Positions 8,978-17,666 of a stretch of DNA of 32,939 nucleotides are shown one piece after another; position 1 is the first letter of the stretch; each line of letters opens with the position of its first letter. The position numbers and the translations under genes are program-made. This DNA comes from Actinomycetota bacterium (lineage in GTDB: Bacteria; Actinomycetota; UBA4738; HRBIN12), in NCBI GenBank assembly GCA_040902755.1, contig JBBDWS010000005.1, positions 20,585-53,523 of the forward strand, read 5' to 3'. Below the pieces are notes generated by a model, which saw only the letters and a list, made by a program, of their open reading frames with translations, had not been told where the DNA came from and searched no databases.

Positions 8978-9864
8978 GCCGGCTGTCGGTCTGGTTCCAC
9001 GGCGCGCGCCCCCGAACCCTGGGTGCCGGTGTCACGCCGGTCGTCGTGGGGACCGCCGCCGCCGGGACCGCCGAGGTCTGGCGGTTCGCCGCCGCCCTCG
9101 TGGTCGCGGTCGCGCTTCAGGTCGGCGTGAACTACGCGAACGACGTCCACGACGCGGTTCGAGGCATCGATACGCCCGAGCGACTCGGCCCCGCCAGGCT
9201 CACGGCGACGGGGCTGGCGACCCCGAGGGCCGTCACGGTGGCCGCGCTGGCCTGTGTCTTGGTGGCGGGGATCGCGGGGCTCGCGCTCGCCGCGGCGACG
9301 ACCCTGTGGCTCGTGCCACTCGGTGCCCTCGCGATGCTGGCGCTCTGGCTCTACAGCGGCGGGCCCCGACCGTACGCGGAGCTCGGACTCGGCGAGCTGA
9401 TGGTCTTCGTGTTCTTCGGGGTGATGGCGACTGCGGGGACCGCGTACGTGCAGGCCGAGACCGTCTCGAGCGCGGCCTGGTGGTCGAGCGCGGCGATGGG
9501 GTTCCTCGCCGTCGCGATCTTGGTCGCGAACAACCTGCGCGACATCCGGACGGACGAGGCGGCCGGCAAGCGAACCCTCTCGGTGCGGCTCGGCGACCGG
9601 CGGACGAGGGCCTTCTATCGCGCTTGTGTTGTGGCGGCGTTCGCCGTGGTGGCGCTCGGAGTGGCCGTCGGGATCGTGGACCCGGCGATCGGGATGCCAG
9701 TGTCGGCGGCGCTGGCGCTCGTCGCGTCGGTCGCGGCGATCGGACCGATCCGCAGCATCGCGAGGGCGCAGGGTCGAGAGCTGATCTCGGTGCTCGTCGG
9801 AACGGCGAGGCTCCAGCTCGTGTTCGGCGCGCTCCTGGCGCTCGGCCTCTGGCAGGGTGCGTGA
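8974..9864 (+). CDS. menA: 1,4-dihydroxy-2-naphthoate polyprenyltransferase
   Basis: [47 protein letters not shown]; multiple TM segments; GTGA overlap with menB. Confidence 0.95.
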   Translation: MSRLSVWFHGARPRTLGAGVTPVVVGTAAAGTAEVWRFAAALVVAVALQVGVNYANDVHDAVRGIDTPERLGPARLTATGLATPRAVTVAALACVLVAGIAGLALAAATTLWLVPLGALAMLALWLYSGGPRPYAELGLGELMVFVFFGVMATAGTAYVQAETVSSAAWWSSAAMGFLAVAILVANNLRDIRTDEAAGKRTLSVRLGDRRTRAFYRACVVAAFAVVALGVAVGIVDPAIGMPVSAALALVASVAAIGPIRSIARAQGRELISVLVGTARLQLVFGALLALGLWQGA

Positions 9865-11546
9865 GCGAGGCCGATCGATCGTTCTCGGCCGCGTGGTGGG
9901 TGGTCGACGACCTCGTGCGCTTCGGGATGGAGCATGCGTGCGTCTCGCCGGGGTCGCGCTCGACGCCGATCGCGCTCGCGCTGCGACGGCATCCGCACGT
10001 CGAGGTGCACGTCCATCTCGATGAGCGCGCATCGGCGTTCTTCGCTCTCGGGATCGCCAAGGCCACGGGACGCCCGGTCGGGGTCGCGTGCACGAGCGGA
10101 ACCGGCGTCGCACAGCTCTTCCCCGCCGTCGTCGAAGCATCGATGTCGCGGACGACGCTCGTGTTCCTCACCGCCGACCGCCCGCCCGAGCTCCGGGGCG
10201 TCGGCGCGAACCAGACGATCGATCAACCCGGGGTCTTCGGCGCGTACGTGCGCGCGAGCATCGATGCCCCAGTCCCCGGCGACGAGCCCGACGAGGAGCG
10301 GTGGCACGAGCTCGTGGTCGAGGCGACGCGCGCAGCGATGGGACCGCCGCCGGGACCGATCCACCTGAACCTGCCCTTCCGCGAGCCGCTGGTCCCTGGG
10401 GACATCGCCCTCTCGGCTGCCGAGCCGTCAGGCATGGAGCACGCCATCGTGTCCGCTCCCGAGCCCGAAGAGGTCGAGGTCTTTCGGGAAGCGATCGTGT
10501 CGACCGACCACGGCGTGATCCTTGCCGGCTCGATGCGCGAGTCACCGGCGACGCTCGTCGAGCTGTCGCGCCGCTCACGGTGGCCGCTCATCGCCGAGCC
10601 GACGTCGGGCCATCGGTCGCCCGGCGCCTTGAGCGCCGGCCAGTTCCTCCTCGCCGACGAGCGGTTCCGGTCTTCGCACACGCCGGACGTCGTGTTGCAG
10701 TTCGGCGCGGCTCCGACATCGCGGGCCGGGCTCGAGCTCGTGCGCCGAGCCGGCAAGCTGCTGATCGTCGACCAGGATCATCTCGTCGCCGATCCGCATC
10801 GCAAGGCGTCGCTCACGGTGCGGGTCGAAGCGGCGGCCCTGGAATCCGAGCTTACCGAGGCACTCCGATCGCGTGCCGAAACCGCGTGGTGGCAGGCGTG
10901 GCACGCCGCCGACGGGTCGGCACGTGCTGCCGTCGACGCCGAGCTGGATCGGGATGACGGGCCATTCGAGGGACGCGTGGCGCGCGACCTGGCGGCGTCG
11001 CTTCCCGACGGCTCGACGCTCGTGGTCGGTTCGAGCATGCCCGTGCGCGATCTCGATGCATACATGGCTCCGCGGAAAGGGCTGAGTGTCCTCGCGAACC
11101 GCGGCGCAAGCGGCATCGACGGGTTCGTTTCCACCGCGCTCGGTGTCGCTGCATCGGGAGCACCCACGACGGCGTACGGCGGCGACCTGACGCTGCTCCA
11201 CGACGTGGGTTCGCTCCTCTGGAGCGCGCGGCGAGGACACAACGCCGTGTTCGTCGTGCCGAACAACGACGGGGGCGTGATCTTCTCGTTCCTGCCTCAG
11301 AGAGACCTTCCGGAATTCGAGGAGCTTTTCACGACGCCGCATGGCCTGGACTTCGCTTCGATCTGCGCCGCGGCCGGAGCGGGTCACGCGCGCGTCGAGA
11401 GCGCGGACCAGCTCGTGCTGGCGATCGAGACGGCGAGGGCGGCCGGTGGCGTGCACGTCGTCGAGGTCCCGATCGACCGCGAGGACAACGTGCGACGCCA
11501 TGCGGAAGTGCACGCAGCCGTCGCGGAGGCGCTGCGGGGACCGTAG
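9861..11546 (+). CDS. menD: SEPHCHC synthase (ThDP-dependent)
   Basis: SPGSRSTP, DERASAFFALG, CTSGT, TADRPPELRGVGANQTIDQ, SSMPVRD, NRGASGIDG, GDLTLLHD...NNDGG; GTGA overlap with menA. Confidence 0.96.
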   Translation: MSEADRSFSAAWWVVDDLVRFGMEHACVSPGSRSTPIALALRRHPHVEVHVHLDERASAFFALGIAKATGRPVGVACTSGTGVAQLFPAVVEASMSRTTLVFLTADRPPELRGVGANQTIDQPGVFGAYVRASIDAPVPGDEPDEERWHELVVEATRAAMGPPPGPIHLNLPFREPLVPGDIALSAAEPSGMEHAIVSAPEPEEVEVFREAIVSTDHGVILAGSMRESPATLVELSRRSRWPLIAEPTSGHRSPGALSAGQFLLADERFRSSHTPDVVLQFGAAPTSRAGLELVRRAGKLLIVDQDHLVADPHRKASLTVRVEAAALESELTEALRSRAETAWWQAWHAADGSARAAVDAELDRDDGPFEGRVARDLAASLPDGSTLVVGSSMPVRDLDAYMAPRKGLSVLANRGASGIDGFVSTALGVAASGAPTTAYGGDLTLLHDVGSLLWSARRGHNAVFVVPNNDGGVIFSFLPQRDLPEFEELFTTPHGLDFASICAAAGAGHARVESADQLVLAIETARAAGGVHVVEVPIDREDNVRRHAEVHAAVAEALRGP

Positions 11547-11555
11547 CATCGGGCG

Positions 11556-11675
11556 GTGAGCGGAACGCGGACGTCCTCGCAAACGGAACCGCCTGGCGCG
11601 TGTGGGTGGCCGAAGACGGCGACCGGCTCGTCGCATGAGGACGCACCGCTCCTGCTGCCGTTGGAGGGCGACTAG
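11556..11675 (+). pseudogene. Possible remnant of a GNAT-type acetyltransferase gene, or a 39-codon sORF
   Basis: GTG 6 nt after TAGCAT; an alternate frame at 11567-11638 reads ADVLANGTAWRVWVAEDGDRLVA*, resembling the GNAT 'WVAE.dg.lvG' strands. Confidence 0.3.
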
Positions 11676-11697
11676 CTGCGAGGCCGTATCCCCCGGC

Positions 11698-12957
11698 CTA
11701 GCCCCAGCGAAGGGCGTCCAGCAGCGCGCGGAACTTGCGCTCGGTCTCGTCCACCTCGGCCTCCGGGACCGAGTCGGCGACGATGCCGGCGCCCGCGAAC
11801 AGCCTGGCCGTCTTGCCGGTGATCTCGGCACAGCGCAGGGCGATAGCCCATTCGCCGTCGCCGTTCGCATCCACCCACCCCACCGGCCCTGCGTACGTGC
11901 CCCGATCGATCGGCTCCAGCTCGGCGAGAGCTTCGCGCGCGTCCTCCCTCGGAGTTCCGCACACCGCTGCCGTGGGGTGTAGCGCGGCGACGAGATCGAG
12001 GACGCCCACGTGCTCGTCGTGCAGCTTGCCCTGGAACGGCGTCGCGAGGTGCCACACGTTCGCCGTCCCGCGCAGCTCGGGCTCGTGTGGGTGCGCGAGG
12101 TCGTCGCAGAACGCCGAGAGGACGTGGGCGACGTCCTCGACCACGACCGCATGCTCCTCGCGATCCTTCTCCGACGCGAACAGCGTGGCCGCGGACGCGC
12201 GGTCGCGGACGGGATCGCCGAACCGTTGAGCGGACCCCGCGAGCGGTGTCGCCGAGATCTCACGCCCCCGCTTGCGGACGAGCATCTCCGGCGTCGCTCC
12301 GACCAAGACTGCGCCCGGCGCCCTGCCGAACGGCGGAGTGGCGAACGCGTAACAGTCCGGGTCCACGGCACGAAGGCGCCAGAGCAGCTGCTTCGGGTCG
12401 AGCTCCCGCTCGGCGTCGACGATCAGGGTGCGGGCGAGGACGACCTTGCGGAGTTCGCGCGCTCGGATCCGACGGGTGGCCATCTCGACCGCGGCTGCAT
12501 AGTCGTCCGGGTCCGGGTCGGCACGGAGTTGCATCTCCTCGAACGCGGCGTGCGGCACGTCGCGTCCCGTCCAGCGGTCGCGTGGCTCGTCGGGTGGCGC
12601 GAGGCCCGCCGCGGTCACGTCGACCTGCCAGGTCTCGCCCGGCGAACGGCGGATAGCGGCGCGTGCCGGGATCGTCGCGGTCGCCGGCGAGTCGTCGTCG
12701 AACGCGATCGCCCCGACGGCGACGGGCGGCGGGCCGTCCGGATGGAAGCGCACGCCGGCGAGGGCGTCGGCGGTCATCTTCGAAAGGCGCAGGATGCGTT
12801 CGACCCCCGGCTCGGCCTCGATCGTCGCGGCGACGCCTGAACCCGAGACTCCGACCCCGTTCCGCTCGAAGAAGAACCCCCCGGGGTGGTAGTTCGCCAG
12901 CAGGTCGAACGCCGGCCCCAGGTGCGTGATCGTGGCGGCGAGCGGCGCCTCGCTCAC
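11698..12957 (-). CDS. menF: Isochorismate synthase
   Basis: LRKVVLAR, LVGATPEML, PLAGSA, KDREEHAVVV, LHPTAAVCGTP, DRGTYAGPVGW, ALRCA, FAGAGIV; GTG 12957 overlaps the menG stop. Confidence 0.93.
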   Translation of the reverse strand: MSEAPLAATITHLGPAFDLLANYHPGGFFFERNGVGVSGSGVAATIEAEPGVERILRLSKMTADALAGVRFHPDGPPPVAVGAIAFDDDSPATATIPARAAIRRSPGETWQVDVTAAGLAPPDEPRDRWTGRDVPHAAFEEMQLRADPDPDDYAAAVEMATRRIRARELRKVVLARTLIVDAERELDPKQLLWRLRAVDPDCYAFATPPFGRAPGAVLVGATPEMLVRKRGREISATPLAGSAQRFGDPVRDRASAATLFASEKDREEHAVVVEDVAHVLSAFCDDLAHPHEPELRGTANVWHLATPFQGKLHDEHVGVLDLVAALHPTAAVCGTPREDAREALAELEPIDRGTYAGPVGWVDANGDGEWAIALRCAEITGKTARLFAGAGIVADSVPEAEVDETERKFRALLDALRWG

Positions 12958-13640
12958 CGCCGGGTCCCCACCAGGAGCTGGGCCACACCTCCGGCAAGCG
13001 GACGCCGCGTTGCGTCCTCGAAGCCGGCGTCTTGAAGCATCTGGACGAGGTCCGCGGGCGGGGGAAGGTACGCCATCGACTTGGGGAGGTACTCGTAGGC
13101 CTCGCGATCGGAGAGCGCGCCTCCGATCAGCGGAACCATCCTGCCGAAATACACGCGGTGTCCCGCCCGCATGAGACGCCCTTCCGGCTCGCTCGTCTCG
13201 AGGAACACCGCGCGTCCGCCCGAGCGGAGGACCCGAGCGACCTCGGCGAACAGCGCATCGAGGGCGGTCACATTCCGCAGAGCGAAGCCACAGACCGCGC
13301 CGTCCGTTCCGCACCCGGCGAGCGGGAGCCGGAGCACGTCCGCCTGCACGAGCGGCGTGTCCGTCGTGGCGTTCGCGAGCATCCCCGCAGAGAAGTCGAT
13401 CCCGACGGCGCGGTAACCGGTCCGCGTGAGCTCGTTGCACAGGTCGCCCGTGCCGCAGGCGAGATCGGCGACGAGGGAGCCACCGGGCAGACGGAGCTCC
13501 GCGACCGCGCGCCGGCGCCATCCCACGTCCATGCCGAACGTCATCAGCCGGTTGACGAGGTCGTACCGCCCGGCAACCCGGTCGAACATCGTTCGCACGA
13601 CGCGTGCTTTCTCCTCGCCCTGCGGCAGCTCGGCCTTCAC
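12954..13640 (-). CDS. menG: Demethylmenaquinone methyltransferase (UbiE/MenG family)
   Basis: MFDRVAGRYDLVNRLMTFGMDVGWRR, DLACGTGD, GIDFSAGML, GFALRNV, AYEYLPKS; GTG 13640 overlaps the merR stop. Confidence 0.92.
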   Translation of the reverse strand: MKAELPQGEEKARVVRTMFDRVAGRYDLVNRLMTFGMDVGWRRRAVAELRLPGGSLVADLACGTGDLCNELTRTGYRAVGIDFSAGMLANATTDTPLVQADVLRLPLAGCGTDGAVCGFALRNVTALDALFAEVARVLRSGGRAVFLETSEPEGRLMRAGHRVYFGRMVPLIGGALSDREAYEYLPKSMAYLPPPADLVQMLQDAGFEDATRRPLAGGVAQLLVGTRR

Positions 13641-14335
13641 TCGAAACGCTCCTCGGCCTTTGCCAGCAGCACCCGACGGAAGTGGTTCGCGACGAGGTTG
13701 GTGACCGCGGGCAGGAGCGCGTCGAACGCCTGGACGAGCTGGCTCGCGGCGGCGGCATCGGATCCGGCCGTGTCGCGGATCGGCTTGCGGACGTGCTCGT
13801 CGAACAGCTCGACCGCCCGGCCGGCGAGTCGCACCATGGCGACGTTCGTTTCCCGCGCGAGCGCGAGGAGCTCGCCGAGCGGCAATCCGAACTCCAGCAG
13901 GCGAAGCGCCGCCCGAACCATCTCGATGTCGGCCGGCGTGTAGCGCTCCTCGCCGCCCACCGTGCGGCCGAGCTTGATCCCCTCCCGCTCGACCGCCTGG
14001 ATCAAGGATGCAGGGACGCCACTGTGCTGCGAGAAGTCCTCGAGGTCGAGCAACTCGTCCTCCGCGCCGTTGCCTCGTGCCGCGTGGACCGCCGCGGCCA
14101 GGTCGCCATCGGATGTCCCCGGCTCGCCGTCGAGCACGCGTTTGATGGCGCTCAAGGTCAGCCCTTTGCGCTGGAGGGAGCGCACGTCCCGGATCCGCGT
14201 CGCATGCTCCGCTCCGTACCAGGCTACGCGACCCTGGCGTTCGGGTGGCGCCAGGAGGCCGCGGGACTGGTAGTAGCGAACCGTGTCGACGGAGACGTCG
14301 CAGGCGGCGGCGAGCTGCTCGACCCGATACCTCAC
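13637..14335 (-). CDS. MerR-family transcriptional regulator with two HTH-like modules
   Basis: YRVEQLAAACDVSVDTVRYYQSRGLL; second module LEDFSQHSGVPASLIQAVEREG...RYTPADI; first gene of the merR-menG-menF operon. Confidence 0.9.
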   Translation of the reverse strand: MRYRVEQLAAACDVSVDTVRYYQSRGLLAPPERQGRVAWYGAEHATRIRDVRSLQRKGLTLSAIKRVLDGEPGTSDGDLAAAVHAARGNGAEDELLDLEDFSQHSGVPASLIQAVEREGIKLGRTVGGEERYTPADIEMVRAALRLLEFGLPLGELLALARETNVAMVRLAGRAVELFDEHVRKPIRDTAGSDAAAASQLVQAFDALLPAVTNLVANHFRRVLLAKAEERFE

Positions 14336-14342
14336 GACTCAC

Positions 14343-14355
14343 CACTCTACGAGTG
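14343..14355. promoter_or_regulatory. Dyad CACTC-TAC-GAGTG overlapping the -10 (TAGAGT, minus strand, 14344-14349) of merR
   Basis: Perfect 5-bp inverted repeat with a 3-nt spacer; -10 lies 8 nt from the GTG start. Confidence 0.5.
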
Positions 14356-14410
14356 CCAGCTCACATCGTGCAGGCGCCCGCGCCGGGCCGGGGATCGGTG
14401 GGCGGATCGG

Positions 14411-15193
14411 TCAGAGCGGGAGCGAGGCGAGCGTCAGGATGCGACAGTCCCGGGTCGCAACCACCCAGACGATGGCGGAGTCCGGCGGCTGGCCGCCTCC
14501 TGGGCTCTCGAGAAACACCGCGAAGTAGGCGGGCGTGCCGCGGTACTGGGCCTCGATCAAGCGGTCGAGCCTCTCGAGCGGATCGTCCAACGGCGCACCC
14601 GACGTGCGCAGGCACTCGAGCGCCACGCCGCGCTCGTCCTGCGCCGCGAATTCGATGTCACGGCCGACGGTGTCCGATCCGACAGTAGGGCTGCTCTCCG
14701 CCTCGGCCGAACGTTTCGCATCCTGGGCGAGCGAGTGGATCCCCCCGTCGTCGTAGTTGACCGCGCGCTGCTCTTCGAGCCTAGGAAGCCTCGCATCGTC
14801 GGCGGCGAACGCCGCTCCGGGCGCCCCCGCCCCGGCTTCGGCGGTCCCTTCGGTGGGGTCGGTGGCCCGGTTGGCGGAGTCGCCCGACAGGTTCAGCGCG
14901 ACGACGAGCACGATTGCCGCCGCCGCGGCGAGCCCGGCTCCCCACTGGACCCGTTGCCACACCGCCCCGCGGCGCTCGAAGCGCCGGCCGGCCTCGGCCA
15001 TGACCGGTCCGGTCACGCCGAACGGCACCGGCTGCTCCTCCAGCGCTTCCAGCGCGACGAGGGCCTCGCCGGCGAGCTCCACCTCCTCGCGGCAGGTCGC
15101 GCAGGTCGCGAGGTGCGCATCGACGACGGCGCGCTCCTCGTTCGGGAGCGTGCCGTCGACGTAGCCGGAAAGGAGCTCTTCGGGATGGGTCAT
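14411..15193 (-). CDS. Zinc-finger (zf-HC2/ZAS) membrane anti-sigma factor
   Basis: H-x3-C-x2-C (HLATCATC), TM segment WGAGLAAAAAIVLVVAL, extracytoplasmic domain with two Cys; ATGA overlap with the ECF sigma. Confidence 0.9.
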   Translation of the reverse strand: MTHPEELLSGYVDGTLPNEERAVVDAHLATCATCREEVELAGEALVALEALEEQPVPFGVTGPVMAEAGRRFERRGAVWQRVQWGAGLAAAAAIVLVVALNLSGDSANRATDPTEGTAEAGAGAPGAAFAADDARLPRLEEQRAVNYDDGGIHSLAQDAKRSAEAESSPTVGSDTVGRDIEFAAQDERGVALECLRTSGAPLDDPLERLDRLIEAQYRGTPAYFAVFLESPGGGQPPDSAIVWVVATRDCRILTLASLPL

Positions 15194-15783
15194 CGGGGCA
15201 TCGCTCCGTCAGACGGCCCGGGCGTAGCCGGACGTTCCCACTCGGCATGCAGGGCTTTCGCGAGCGCCACCCGCCCCCGGTGCAGGCGCGACTTCACCGT
15301 TCCGACCGGGATCCCCAGGATCGCCGCCACCTCGTCCTGGGGGAGATCCTGGACATCGTGCAGCACCATCACGACCCGGAAGTCCGGCGGGACGCGGCGA
15401 AGCGCTCGTTGGACGTCGATGGACAGGCTCGTGTCGTCCGCGTGATCGGGAGCCGGCGGGGGCTCCACAGGCAGGAAGTCGTCCCCGCGATCCAAGAGGG
15501 GGTTGCGCTGGCGCTTCCGCAGCAGGTCGTAGCACGCGTTGACCGTGACGCGGTGCATCCAGGTCGTGAAGGCCGCTTCCCCTCGAAAGGACGAGAGCTT
15601 GCGGAGCGCGGTGAGGAACGCGTCCTGCGTCGCATCCCGTGCATCCTCCTCGCGCCCGGTCATACGAAGGGCGAGGTTGAAGACCCGCCGTTCGTGACGT
15701 TCCACGAGCGTGGCGAAGGCACCCCGGTCGCCCGACAGGTATCGGCGGACGAGGTCCTCGTCGCGGTCGGGAACGCTAGGCAG
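15190..15783 (-). CDS. ECF RNA polymerase sigma factor (SigM-like by synteny)
   Basis: DARDATQDAFL, FRGEAAFTTWMHRVTVNACYD, EVAAILGIPVGTVKSRLHRGR. Start uncertain; best candidate is CTG at 15783. Confidence 0.9.
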   Translation of the reverse strand: MPSVPDRDEDLVRRYLSGDRGAFATLVERHERRVFNLALRMTGREEDARDATQDAFLTALRKLSSFRGEAAFTTWMHRVTVNACYDLLRKRQRNPLLDRGDDFLPVEPPPAPDHADDTSLSIDVQRALRRVPPDFRVVMVLHDVQDLPQDEVAAILGIPVGTVKSRLHRGRVALAKALHAEWERPATPGPSDGAMPR

Positions 15784-17179
15784 CGTCGACCACCACCCGG
15801 AACTCGGCGATCTCGGCGCGGTTCCCGTCGTCGGTCTCCACGACGGTCGTGATCCACACGAGCACGTAGCGACCGGCACCGGTCAGCGCGCCGCGGGTTT
15901 CCTCCTGGGCCGTGTTCGCGTCGCCGATGGCCTCGACGAGCCGGTCGGGGTCGTCGCCGACGGCGACATGGAACAGGAACCCCGGATTCGGTGTCTTCAG
16001 GAGGAACCCCGAGACATCGCGGCGCTCGCCGAGATCGAAGACGACGCCCACGCCGTCCTTGTGCAGGCTTCCGTCGAAGTAGTTCTCCGACCGCCACGCC
16101 GTCGAGCGGTCGCCGTCGATCGCGAGGGCGACGTTCGAATCGTTCTCGGAGTCGTCGCCGAACGGATCGAAGGTGAACGCCGAGGCGGGCGTTACCGGCC
16201 CGCTCGGCTCCGGTCGAGCCGAGGGCGACGGATCGTCCGCGGCACGGATCCCAAGGGGACCTCCGACCTCGAGCCGTCCGAGCGACAGGCCGAGCGCGAT
16301 CGCCGAGGCCGCGACGAGGGCGATCGCGAGCGGCACGCTGAGCCAAGTTCCTACCCATCTCGGCAGCCACCCACGTCGGTCCTCGTTCGCTTCGTCGTGT
16401 TCGGCCGCGCTGGTGGCGAGCGCCGAGGCGAACGCGTGCACGTTCGGGAACCGCTCGGCCGGGTCGGCGGCAAGGGCACGTCCGACGATCCGGTCGAGGG
16501 ACCGGGGAACACCTGGCCGCAGGTCGCGCGGAGAGCGCCGGCCTTCGGGTGTCTGGCCGGTGAGCAACTCGTAGAGCATCGCGCCGACGGCGAAGACGTC
16601 GGTCCGCTCATCGACGGGCTCGCTCGCGGCCTGCTCGGGCGGCAGGTTCCGGCGACCGAGGAGGCGGACCGCGTCCGCGGGCCGGGATGCGGTGACGGCC
16701 GAACCGATGCCCAGATCGGTGACCCGGACGTGGCCTTCGGGCGTGAGGAGCACATCCTCAAGCCCGAGGTTGAGATGCAGGATCCCCGCTGCGTGCGCGG
16801 GCAAGAGCGCCTCGAGCACCGCGCCCGCGATCCGCGCGGCCTCGTCCGCCGGCAACGGCCCTTCACGGTCGAGGCGCGTGCGCGCGCTCGCGCCGTCGAT
16901 GTGCTCGCGCACGACGAACGGGACGCCGTCCTGCTCCCCGGAGTCGAGCAGCCGCGCGATCCCCGGCGCGGAGAGCGAAGCGACCTTTCGCGCTTCCTCC
17001 GCGAAACGTTGTGCGAAGGCGGGGTCGTCGCCGAGGCTCGGATGGATGACCTTGACCGTCACGGTTCGTCCGAGGAGGCGGTCCTCGGCACGCCACGCCA
17101 TGCCGGTGCCGCTTCGGCCGAGCTCCTGCTCCAGCGCATAGCGGCCCGCGAGCACCGTGACCGGGCGCCGGGTCTGCAC
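15776..17179 (-). CDS. Membrane Ser/Thr kinase-like protein (probable pseudokinase) with C-terminal extracellular discoidin/CBM-like domain
   Basis: Hanks fold: YALEQELGRSGTG, VTVKVI, RFAEEAR, DERTDVFAVGAMLYELLTG; catalytic loop reads HLNLGLED; TM segment, then AIDGDRSTAW...GVVFDLG. Confidence 0.88.
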   Translation of the reverse strand: MQTRRPVTVLAGRYALEQELGRSGTGMAWRAEDRLLGRTVTVKVIHPSLGDDPAFAQRFAEEARKVASLSAPGIARLLDSGEQDGVPFVVREHIDGASARTRLDREGPLPADEAARIAGAVLEALLPAHAAGILHLNLGLEDVLLTPEGHVRVTDLGIGSAVTASRPADAVRLLGRRNLPPEQAASEPVDERTDVFAVGAMLYELLTGQTPEGRRSPRDLRPGVPRSLDRIVGRALAADPAERFPNVHAFASALATSAAEHDEANEDRRGWLPRWVGTWLSVPLAIALVAASAIALGLSLGRLEVGGPLGIRAADDPSPSARPEPSGPVTPASAFTFDPFGDDSENDSNVALAIDGDRSTAWRSENYFDGSLHKDGVGVVFDLGERRDVSGFLLKTPNPGFLFHVAVGDDPDRLVEAIGDANTAQEETRGALTGAGRYVLVWITTVVETDDGNRAEIAEFRVVVDAA

Positions 17180-17185
17180 GCACGC

Positions 17186-17191
17186 AGTCTA
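17186..17191 (-). promoter_or_regulatory. Putative -10 TAGACT for a leaderless kinase-sigma-antisigma transcript
   Basis: 6 nt upstream of GTG 17179, no SD. Confidence 0.6.
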
Positions 17192-17241
17192 TGCCCGCGA
17201 CCTGCACGCTCCGGCCAGCCGAGAACCGTGCACGCGCGGTC

Positions 17242-17622
17242 CTACGGAGCGGTGTCGGAAGCCGTCGCCGTCGTCAGGTCCTCGAGGAATCCGAGCCGCC
17301 CGACGAGCAGGGTTGCCGCGCGATCGCTGATCACGACGGTCACGTCGCCCCGGCCCGACACCTCGAGCTCCACCAGGCGCGCGTCCTCATCCGTCTCCGC
17401 GATGGTCGCGAGGGCGGCTCGGACGGCTTGGCGTCTCTTCCCGGTCTCGGAGAAGCGTTCCTCGGCCGCGGATGCCGCATCCCGTGCCAGATCGTTGGTC
17501 CGCAGCCGCGCGAGCACGATCGATCCACCGTCGATGAGCGCGACCACGACGAGGCCGAGGATCACGAGCCAGATCAAGAGGATCTTCCCGATGAGACCTC
17601 GTTCGTCGGTGCGAACGCGCAT
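17242..17622 (-). CDS. Small membrane-anchored protein with a prepilin-like (TadE/TadG-type) N-terminus
   Basis: MRVRTDERG|LIGKILLIWLVILGLVVVALIDGG...LARDAASAA; GGAG SD 7 nt before ATG 17622. Confidence 0.65.
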   Translation of the reverse strand: MRVRTDERGLIGKILLIWLVILGLVVVALIDGGSIVLARLRTNDLARDAASAAEERFSETGKRRQAVRAALATIAETDEDARLVELEVSGRGDVTVVISDRAATLLVGRLGFLEDLTTATASDTAP

Positions 17623-17666
17623 CGTCGGTCTCCATCCCGTCGGGCCGAATCTCGTCGGTGCGCACC

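Noticed and set aside
11698-13758. Extended or fused readings of menF (686 aa), menD (746 aa), menB (486 aa), DUF6049 (758 aa) and the 603-aa ORF 17242..19053
   Set aside because: The N-terminal extensions are alternate frames of neighbouring genes; true starts sit at 4-nt overlaps or SD-supported codons.
14336-14359. CIRCE (HrcA)-like half site GAGTGCCAG upstream of merR
   Set aside because: CIRCE needs GCACTC-N9-GAGTGC; the arm spacings here are 3 or 10 nt and the left arm does not match. Treated instead as a candidate operator of the local regulator.
17175-17235. Three TGCACGC copies about 27 nt apart around the pseudokinase promoter
   Set aside because: A short GC-rich 7-mer, one copy overlapping the start codon, with uneven spacing; not distinguishable from chance and not CRISPR-like.
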